Below, in pieces: positions 21,304 to 27,668 of a stretch of 46,279 bases of DNA; the first letter of the stretch is position 1, and every line of letters starts with the position of its first letter. The DNA is from a virus (lineage: Duplodnaviria; Caudoviricetes), in the IMG/VR virus record IMGVR_UViG_3300046779_000472, positions 1-46,279 of that record. The stretch is one strand, 5' to 3'. A model generated the notes under the pieces. The model searched no databases and was not told the origin of the DNA. It saw nothing but the letters and a program-made list of their open reading frames with translations. Made by a program: the position numbers and the translations under genes.

Positions 21304-23076
21304 ATTAAAACCCCTAGACTGTTCGCAGCAATCTCACTGGCTTTCCTGCCAATATTTTTTGCTACTCCAGCACATGCAGAAGATGTCGTAGACCCAGTTG
21401 TCGTGGTAGTTACTGAGCCAGTAGCACCCGTTGTTACCGTAGTGAATACGCCTGGTGGAGATGACTCATCCTATCAAATACCATTAACCACTACAGTAAC
21501 TTTTGACGGAGTTCAGTATAGCTCTGTTTATGCCACCACTAACTCTGTTATTACTTTTGGACAGCCAGATGGAACTTACTGGACCTATCCATCAACACCA
21601 TCTATATCTCTTTACTCAATGGACTGGGTTGTTTATCCAAACGCTCGTGCCGATGAGCATCTAACTATTGCTGCATCAGATGGTGGATTCCAGGTAGATA
21701 TTTCTGCTCGTCCTATCTGGCTTCAGAATGCTACAGAGCCAACTAATATTAATATTGTAGCTGCTATAAATACCGATGGAACAGTCTCTATCTCATATTC
21801 ACTTACTGGGCCAACTTACGAAGGGCAGACCAGAACAGGGGTTAGACTTACAAATGGAGATGTGGTTACTCTAGAACAGTATGGTGTAGTCCAGGTTGAG
21901 ACTCCTCCAGTACTAACGCCAGAGCCAGTATTGCCTACCCCTACGCCAACTCCAGAGCCAACGATAGAGCCTACACCTACCCCAACTCCTACAGTAGAAC
22001 CAACGCCAACGCCAGAACCAACTCCAACAATAACTCCACCATTTATTCCACAGGGTGCAACCCTACTTGGCGAGGGGTCAAGTGTTCAGGTAGTTGCACC
22101 AGAAGGTCAGAGAATAGTTAGTGTTACTGCTTGGTATGGTGATCCAAATGATGGTTCTCGTGGAGTTGAAGTCTCATCTACCTTGACACAACTAGCTTCT
22201 GGACAAACATCGATCACTATTGACTCATCAAATGTTTATGGTGATCCAGCCCCTGGAACAGTAAAGACCCTAATATTTGTAGTGGTATACGAGCAGATAC
22301 CTACACCTACCCCTACTCCAGAGCCAACCCCCACACCAGAACCGCAGCCAGAGCCTTCTCCAACACCAACTGAAACACCAGTTATAATAGTACCAACGCC
22401 TACACCAACAGAGGAGCCAGTTGTCCCTACACCAGAACCAACAGTGGATCCCGAGCCAACCACGCCACCTACGGAAGAGCCAACACCTACACCTACGCCG
22501 TCCGAGGAACCTGTTGAAGAGCCAACAACGCCTGAGCCACAGCCGATACCAGAGCCAGAGCCGCTACCAGCCCCAGAAGTACAGCCAGAACCTGAGCTAC
22601 CTGTAGCAGAGGATGAGGCAGTTGAAGAAATTGCTAGCCTTATTGAAGAAATTAAGCCAGAAGATCTAACAGATGCTCAGGTTGAGCAACTTGTTGAGGC
22701 AGCCTTAGTTGTCTTTGAGACTGCTGAGCAAGGCTCCCCAGCTTATGAGCAAGCACTGGAGGCCCTTGCAGTGGCAGCAGAGGCTGATGACCCAGAAATT
22801 TCTGAAGAGCTGGCAGCCATTCCATTGCTTGGAGATGCAGCAGGTGCAGCTCTTGAGGCACTTAATAATCTTGGTAACGTTGGTGCCGATATGGCTCCTG
22901 AAGTCCGTGAGGAAGCAGAAAAGACAGTTATCGCATCTGTTATTGCTACTGGAGCAGCCGTAAACGCAGTTGCCGCAGCTGCAACGGCAGCAACATCAAC
23001 AACCACAGGATCATCTGGAGGTGGAGCATCTGCAGGCTCTTCAGGTGGATCGGGATCAACAAGGAGAAAGTTATAA
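21304..23076 (+). CDS. Secreted Pro/Thr/Glu-rich surface protein with a SUEL/Gal-lectin-like domain; probable ATT start
   Basis: SD AAGGAG 21292-21297, then ATT AAA ACC... giving signal peptide (M)KTPRLFAAISLAFLPIFFATPAHA; YGDPAPGTVKTL lectin motif; PT/PE linkers; Ala-rich C-terminal segment. Confidence 0.7.
   Translation: MKTPRLFAAISLAFLPIFFATPAHAEDVVDPVVVVVTEPVAPVVTVVNTPGGDDSSYQIPLTTTVTFDGVQYSSVYATTNSVITFGQPDGTYWTYPSTPSISLYSMDWVVYPNARADEHLTIAASDGGFQVDISARPIWLQNATEPTNINIVAAINTDGTVSISYSLTGPTYEGQTRTGVRLTNGDVVTLEQYGVVQVETPPVLTPEPVLPTPTPTPEPTIEPTPTPTPTVEPTPTPEPTPTITPPFIPQGATLLGEGSSVQVVAPEGQRIVSVTAWYGDPNDGSRGVEVSSTLTQLASGQTSITIDSSNVYGDPAPGTVKTLIFVVVYEQIPTPTPTPEPTPTPEPQPEPSPTPTETPVIIVPTPTPTEEPVVPTPEPTVDPEPTTPPTEEPTPTPTPSEEPVEEPTTPEPQPIPEPEPLPAPEVQPEPELPVAEDEAVEEIASLIEEIKPEDLTDAQVEQLVEAALVVFETAEQGSPAYEQALEALAVAAEADDPEISEELAAIPLLGDAAGAALEALNNLGNVGADMAPEVREEAEKTVIASVIATGAAVNAVAAAATAATSTTTGSSGGGASAGSSGGSGSTRRKL
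21900..22600 (+). repeat. Low-complexity (PT/PE)n coding repeats in two blocks flanking the lectin-like domain
   Basis: Repeated PTPTPTPEP units in the translation; degenerate at DNA level. Confidence 0.7.
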
Positions 23077-23077
23077 A

Positions 23078-23245
23078 ATGAAGAAATTCTTAAATGATAT
23101 TTTAGGCCAAGCATGGACCCTATTGGGTATGTTTGTGGCCTGGGTAGTCCTAGAGGGGTCTGCAAAGACCATAGTGGGCTATTGCATCTTGGGTACGCTA
23201 GGCCTATGGGCGGTGACGTATCCATTGAGAAAGGACGGTGAATAA
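23078..23245 (+). CDS. Small two-TM membrane protein
   Basis: MKKFLNDILGQAWTLLGMFVAWVVL...; SD AAGGAG; start moved to 23078. Confidence 0.65.
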   Translation: MKKFLNDILGQAWTLLGMFVAWVVLEGSAKTIVGYCILGTLGLWAVTYPLRKDGE

Positions 23246-23319
23246 TAGTATGAATAATAACTATTACGAACCACTAGAAACAAACAGAAAGCTTGACACG
23301 TCAGCAGTGAGGTGCCAAG

Positions 23320-23532
23320 TTGAATAAGATAAAAAGAGTAATTAATTACATTAAGTACTCTATGGAACTAGACTCAAAGCAGCTAAATAAAGAAGCCTTG
23401 CAGTCTGCAAAAGAACACTTTCGTGGTGTTCCAAGATATGCAATATCAGTAGATCAGTGGATCAGATATCAGCAGTCTTACAAAAGCGTATATCGTCACG
23501 AATACGCAAAAAATAAACTAAAAACCATTTAG
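23320..23532 (+). CDS. Hypothetical protein
   Basis: 70 aa, TTG start, GAGG upstream. Confidence 0.4.
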   Translation: MNKIKRVINYIKYSMELDSKQLNKEALQSAKEHFRGVPRYAISVDQWIRYQQSYKSVYRHEYAKNKLKTI

Positions 23533-23562
23533 ATTTAAACCCCAAGTAGAAAGGAATCAAAA

Positions 23563-23838
23563 ATGGAAGAAGTAGAAACTGGTGTAGCAGGAGGGCTTGC
23601 TACTATCAAAAACGTAATCTGGAGAATCCTGGCTGTATTTGCAGCTTCAGGTCTATCAGTTCTAGGTGCTGGAGCAGTTGTAGGCGTAGACCTACTGTCA
23701 GCCGTATTTATGGCAGGTATCCTAGGTGTCGCAACTGTAGTAGAGAAGCTAGCAAGAGCATTCCTAGAGGATGGCAAGCTATCTATTGACGAGATCAATG
23801 CAGCCTTTGCTAAGGTAGACAAGAACTCAGAGCAGTAA
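23563..23838 (+). CDS. Membrane protein, holin-like, with an EF-hand-like tail
   Basis: Two hydrophobic helices; DGKLSIDEINAAF; SD AAGGA. Confidence 0.6.
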   Translation: MEEVETGVAGGLATIKNVIWRILAVFAASGLSVLGAGAVVGVDLLSAVFMAGILGVATVVEKLARAFLEDGKLSIDEINAAFAKVDKNSEQ

Positions 23839-23856
23839 AAAGACCAGTCCAACCCC

Positions 23857-23911
23857 TTGACGACCCCTTCTGGGTAGTGTATACTATAAGAAAACACTAT
23901 TTAGGAGGGGT
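23857..23911 (+). promoter_or_regulatory. Promoter embedded in an SD-sequestering hairpin
   Basis: TTGACG 23857, 17 nt, TATACT 23880; 23863-23880 pairs with 23894-23911, which contains AGGAGG. Confidence 0.6.
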
Positions 23912-23917
23912 TTTCTC

Positions 23918-24304
23918 ATGGCTACAAAATCAGTAAGGTACCCAAAAATGCCAACAAAGATTAAGATTGGTGCACAAGACTGGACAATTATTGAAAGAGA
24001 TCGTGGTGACGATGGTATTATTGCCGATGACTCCTATGGATACACTTTACAAAAAACTAATACTATTGTTTTGGATAAGCACTGCCCACCATCTCGCAAG
24101 CGTCAGACATTATTCCATGAGCTATTTCATGCTATTCGTTTCTCAAATGGTTCAAGTGGTATCAAACCAAATCTGGAAGACATTCAGCCAGATGAAGTAA
24201 TTTCTACTTGGGAACACTACTTTATTGCTATGTATGAAGACACTATGCTTTTAGTTCTACGTGAAAATCCAGCGGTAGCAGAATACCTCCTAAGCAACGA
24301 ATAA
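23918..24304 (+). CDS. HExxH metallopeptidase-like protein (ImmA/IrrE-like)
   Basis: YGYT...TIVLD...RQTLFHELFHAI. Confidence 0.65.
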   Translation: MATKSVRYPKMPTKIKIGAQDWTIIERDRGDDGIIADDSYGYTLQKTNTIVLDKHCPPSRKRQTLFHELFHAIRFSNGSSGIKPNLEDIQPDEVISTWEHYFIAMYEDTMLLVLRENPAVAEYLLSNE

Positions 24305-24307
24305 TAC

Positions 24308-24336
24308 TTGACAAATTCTAGGTCAGAGAGTAGAAT
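24308..24336 (+). promoter_or_regulatory. Promoter driving a leaderless gene
   Basis: TTGACA, 17 nt, TAGAAT, 6 nt, ATG. Confidence 0.7.
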
Positions 24337-24342
24337 ATATAC

Positions 24343-24531
24343 ATGAGCATAGATGAAAAAGATGTAAGAGAAGAAGTCTGGGAATGGCTTCAGGTCGGTA
24401 TAGACAAGGGCTGGGTAACTGAGCCATTCTGTTATACACATGACGGAGATCCGTACATGTCCGAAGAAGAAGAAAAAGAATGGGAAGACGGCGGAGACCC
24501 GTGTGCCCCAGTAATCAAAATTCTAGTATAA
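24343..24531 (+). CDS. Small acidic hypothetical protein
   Basis: 62 aa; CYTHDG...GGDPC. Confidence 0.65.
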   Translation: MSIDEKDVREEVWEWLQVGIDKGWVTEPFCYTHDGDPYMSEEEEKEWEDGGDPCAPVIKILV

Positions 24532-24543
24532 GAAAATAAGGGT

Positions 24544-25347
24544 ATGAAAAAAACAACAATTATTATTGGTGCAATTCTTGCATCACTATCACTAACTCCA
24601 GCATATGCAGAAGAAGTAAAGACTCTGGCTATTATTGATAGCTACTTTGATACATCCAAGCTTTCTGGAAACATTGAAACTGTTTGTGTCGCAACCACTG
24701 GCTGTGACCTAACACCAAATTATGTGTCGAAGTCTTTCTCTGACCCACTTAATCACGGTACTGCTATGGCAGAAATAGCCATTAAGCAAAACCCAAAGGT
24801 AAAGTTGTTGCTAATTCGTGCAGCGTCAGAAACAAAGAACGCACGAACAGGTGCAGTATCTATTGGATTAATTAATGGCAATGACTTTCTAAAGTCGCTA
24901 CAGCTGGTGTCAAATAGAAAAGATGTACAGGCCGTATCATTCTCATATAACCTATCTGGAAACAAGGCATGCTCCTTGTCCACAACTGGTGGAGTAAATG
25001 TTAGGCTGGTCGATCCACAAATTCAGTCTACAATCTCTGGCCTAAAGGCTAAGGGTGTTCCAGTATTTTCATCTACTGGAAATAAGGCAGGTGCTGCAGT
25101 AAATTATCCAGCATGTATTCAGGATGTAAATTCTGTGGGCATCGGTGACCTAAATAAAAATGGAGCAATTTCTAGTGTGTACACCTTTGATGCTAATACA
25201 GATTACTTTGCAACAGCATCAGTATCTAACTATACCTCAAAGGCGTTTGGACTAATTCCAAATACAACTTCTGCTGGTAATGTTGCAGTTGCTGCAAAGT
25301 ATTTGCTATCATCGCTTGACAACAAGTTTGTAAATGTGATACCATAG
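24544..25347 (+). CDS. Secreted subtilisin-like (S8) peptidase
   Basis: Signal peptide; AIIDS (Asp), NHGTAMA (His), STGN, YPA, TTSAG (Ser). Confidence 0.7.
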   Translation: MKKTTIIIGAILASLSLTPAYAEEVKTLAIIDSYFDTSKLSGNIETVCVATTGCDLTPNYVSKSFSDPLNHGTAMAEIAIKQNPKVKLLLIRAASETKNARTGAVSIGLINGNDFLKSLQLVSNRKDVQAVSFSYNLSGNKACSLSTTGGVNVRLVDPQIQSTISGLKAKGVPVFSSTGNKAGAAVNYPACIQDVNSVGIGDLNKNGAISSVYTFDANTDYFATASVSNYTSKAFGLIPNTTSAGNVAVAAKYLLSSLDNKFVNVIP

Positions 25348-25379
25348 TATTAAAGGAAGTCCATCCTTAAACGGACGAT

Positions 25380-25452
25380 TGGGACATAGCTCAGCTGGCA
25401 GAGCGTTCGACTGTTAATCGAAATGTCGCAGGTTCGATCCCTGCTGTCCCAG
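25380..25452 (+). tRNA. tRNA-Asn(GTT)
   Basis: Full cloverleaf, TGGGACA/TGTCCCA acceptor, anticodon loop CT-GTT-AA; CCA not encoded. Confidence 0.92.
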
Positions 25453-25504
25453 CTAATGGTTCCGCTTGCACCACTCCTCGGGTATAGGATAAAAGCAAGC
25501 AAGT

Positions 25505-25575
25505 GCGTATGTTGCATAGTGGTAGTGCCCTATCCTTCCAAGTTAGAGGTGCAGGTTCGATTCCTGTCATACGCT
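25505..25575 (+). tRNA. tRNA-Gly(TCC)
   Basis: GCGTATG/CATACGC acceptor, loop CT-TCC-AA, TTCGATT T-loop. Confidence 0.88.
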
Positions 25576-25576
25576 C

Positions 25577-25749
25577 TATAGGTTAATCACCTATACGTGT
25601 ACAAGTGCACGTAAAATTGTCAACACTTGTTGCTGTCCAGGCAGTAGTTAATCTGGCGTGTAAGCACCTCATGATATAGGTTCGGAGCTGGTCACTCGTC
25701 TTAGGAAACGACTCAGGGATATAGGTCTGATTAATCTGATATCCCACCA
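25577..25749 (+). ncRNA. Candidate structured ncRNA (tandem pseudoknots plus CCA-ended minihelix)
   Basis: See findings; several nested and crossing helices and a terminal GGGATAT/ATATCCC-ACCA. Confidence 0.5.
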
Positions 25750-25818
25750 GGATAGATAGTTTAATAGGCAAAACGGCGTTGATCAGCCAGATTGGAAGTT
25801 CGACTCTTCCTCTATCCA
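25750..25818 (+). ncRNA. tRNA-like RNA with a truncated anticodon arm
   Basis: GGATAGA/TCTATCC acceptor, GTTT/AAAC D-stem, GGAAG-TTCGACT-CTTCC T-arm; anticodon arm only GGC-GTTGATCA-GCC. Confidence 0.65.
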
Positions 25819-25919
25819 CGAACGACTTATAACTGCAGTTCGTAATTGTTCGGCACCCAGAAATGGGTTAAGCTATAAGCGTCCATCAAGGTTGGTCCAC
25901 CCTCGTACGAGAACGGCCA

Positions 25920-25987
25920 GGACTTGTATGGTAACTGGAAGCACTCCAGGTGAAGCCATGGCAAACGGTGCAAATCCGACAAGTCCA
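25920..25987 (+). ncRNA. tRNA-like mimic B
   Basis: GGACTTGT/ACAAGTCC stem, ATGGT/GCCAT arm capped by CTGGA/TCCAG, CGG-TGCAAAT-CCG T-like arm. Confidence 0.5.
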
Positions 25988-25988
25988 C

Positions 25989-26066
25989 GATTCTTGCTAG
26001 AGACGGTTGTGTATGCAGCCATTTCGTGCCTCTACAGCCAGTCACAAAGTCTGGCCAAGAATCACC
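25989..26066 (+). ncRNA. tRNA-like mimic C
   Basis: GATTCTTG/CAAGAATC-ACC stem, TAGAG/CTCTA arm capped by GGTTGT/GCAGCC, GCCAG/CTGGC arm stacked on the closing stem. Confidence 0.45.
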
Positions 26067-26067
26067 T

Positions 26068-26141
26068 GGTCTGTTAGCTCAGTTGGTTAGAGCACCACCC
26101 TGTCACGGTGGGGGTCGTGGGTTCAAGTCCCATACAGATCG
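26068..26141 (+). tRNA. tRNA-Asp(GTC)
   Basis: GGTCTGT/ACAGATC acceptor, CCACC-CT-GTC-AC-GGTGG. Confidence 0.92.
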
Positions 26142-26219
26142 CAAAAAGTGGTGAAGTGGAGTATGTTGCAACTAAACTCTTCGTAAGAAACCCAGTGATG
26201 CTGGACATCCACTTTTTAT

Positions 26220-26292
26220 GCCGCCTTAGCTCATCTGGTAGAGCGACGCACTTGTAATGCGTAGGTGGTCGGTTCGAGTCCGACAGGTGGCT
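26220..26292 (+). tRNA. tRNA-Thr(TGT)
   Basis: GCCGCCT/AGGTGGC acceptor, ACGCA-CT-TGT-AA-TGCGT. Confidence 0.92.
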
Positions 26293-26308
26293 CTGAAAGG
26301 GTATTGCT

Positions 26309-26959
26309 ATGCAAAGCAGTTTTAATGAAGACTATGACTTCAATATATGGCAGAACTCTATAGATCCTAAGTTTCTAGAAATATCTGCAAGATCTAAGAT
26401 ACCAGAGAAATGGTTGATCTATGGTGGACATGGCTATGAAGATTCACCAATAAAGCCAATAAATAGGTATGTAGAAAATCTATATCCTGGGCCAGAGCTT
26501 ATTAGCATAAATAATAATACCGTAGTTCTTAGGCAAAGAAATCACGCAGAGATATTTTTGTTAGATAATTCAGATGGCTTCAGGAATATCGATAGGCCAC
26601 ATATGAGACAGTATTATCAGTCTTCTATGTCGCTGCCATTAGACCCAGAGTGTTTTGATCCAGTCTATGCCTTCTACACTCCCTGGATACTAGACCACAA
26701 TGTATTGGTTGATATTGTCCAGCCATCGGAAGATGGACCGTTTTTGGTACACCACACAAAGGCAAGCTTCTTTGAGTTCCCAGATGTAGTTAATTTTATA
26801 GAGCCACAGTTTGTGCCATTTAGATTTAAGAAGAGTGGCGAACATATGGTGTCCCCAGGCTTTGGCAAGATTAAGATTGGATCCCCAATGTTCGACATGG
26901 TCTTTGAGGCAGATGATATACTTGTAGAAAAGATAAGGAAGTTCTATGAACAAGATTAA
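26309..26959 (+). CDS. Hypothetical protein, possibly distantly related to the next two ORFs
   Basis: 216 aa; C-terminal KIKIGSPMFDM resembles the neighbours' GTP(L/I)xQ segment. Confidence 0.55.
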   Translation: MQSSFNEDYDFNIWQNSIDPKFLEISARSKIPEKWLIYGGHGYEDSPIKPINRYVENLYPGPELISINNNTVVLRQRNHAEIFLLDNSDGFRNIDRPHMRQYYQSSMSLPLDPECFDPVYAFYTPWILDHNVLVDIVQPSEDGPFLVHHTKASFFEFPDVVNFIEPQFVPFRFKKSGEHMVSPGFGKIKIGSPMFDMVFEADDILVEKIRKFYEQD

Positions 26960-27668
26960 GTTTTATCCATTTAGTAGGGATACATCCCTATTTGCTCCAC
27001 CACCATTGCCAGCATCAAGATTTTTGCCAGATTGGTATAGGAGCCAGAAGGGTATAATTAATTACGAGCAGTCTATTCCTCACGGGGCAGTTAATGCCAC
27101 CGTTAAAAAGTGTATGCCAGTTTTTGACATACTCACTTCTGGATATATCATTGTGGCCCCATGTGATATTTATGTAGATGCTACTGATCCAGACAAGCTT
27201 ACCTACTCAGTGCCACTAACCATGAAGCAGTTTCAGTCTGATATATTTGCAACACATGCACCAGAACAATACTCAGACTATCCAATAGATGGATCAATCT
27301 ATCACAAGACTCTGTTCAGAGTTATGCCATTTTGGTCAGTGGGAACTCCATCAGGTTATAGTGCTATGTTCTGTCAGCCATTCCACAGAGAAGACACTGG
27401 ACTATTTGCTATGAGTGCAGTAGTAGACACAGACAAGTTTGTCACTGATGGTCACCTATCATTCCTCGTAAAGAAAGACTTTAAGGGTGTTATAAAGCAG
27501 GGTACACCACTCATCCAGGTAATACCTTTTAAGAGAGAAGACTGGGAATCAGAGTTGGTATCAGTAGACGAATCCTCTGCAGTAATATCTAAGCAAAGAC
27601 TTAGCGTTAGAAGTATGTTTGCAAATGGTTATAAAGATAAGTTCAGATCTAAGAAAGATTATAGGTAG
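26946..27668 (+). CDS. Hypothetical protein (DUF6065/dUTPase-like fold suspected)
   Basis: PDWY, TVKKCMPVFD..SGY, TPSGYS, GTPLIQVIPFKREDWE. Confidence 0.6.
   Translation: MNKIKFYPFSRDTSLFAPPPLPASRFLPDWYRSQKGIINYEQSIPHGAVNATVKKCMPVFDILTSGYIIVAPCDIYVDATDPDKLTYSVPLTMKQFQSDIFATHAPEQYSDYPIDGSIYHKTLFRVMPFWSVGTPSGYSAMFCQPFHREDTGLFAMSAVVDTDKFVTDGHLSFLVKKDFKGVIKQGTPLIQVIPFKREDWESELVSVDESSAVISKQRLSVRSMFANGYKDKFRSKKDYR

Noticed and set aside
25596-25714. Pistol or hammerhead ribozyme
   Set aside because: The P1/pseudoknot/AAA linker looks pistol-like, but the conserved GCG and GU cleavage-site arrangement is missing. CTCATGA...GAAAC deviates from CUGAnGA and lacks properly placed stems
25577-25749. 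tmRNA call (tandem pseudoknots plus a CCA end)
   Set aside because: No 5' tRNA-like half, no G3-U70 Ala identity pair, no canonical T-loop and no convincing tag reading frame; too short
25583-26077. ORFs 25583-25819(-), 25827-26045(-) and 25892-26077(+)
   Set aside because: They overlap structured RNA elements and have no SD or promoter support and no recognisable motifs
25353-26292. CRISPR array or direct-repeat array
   Set aside because: The units share structure, not sequence; there are no regularly spaced identical repeats. The Cas4-like gene at 12457 is a stand-alone phage nuclease
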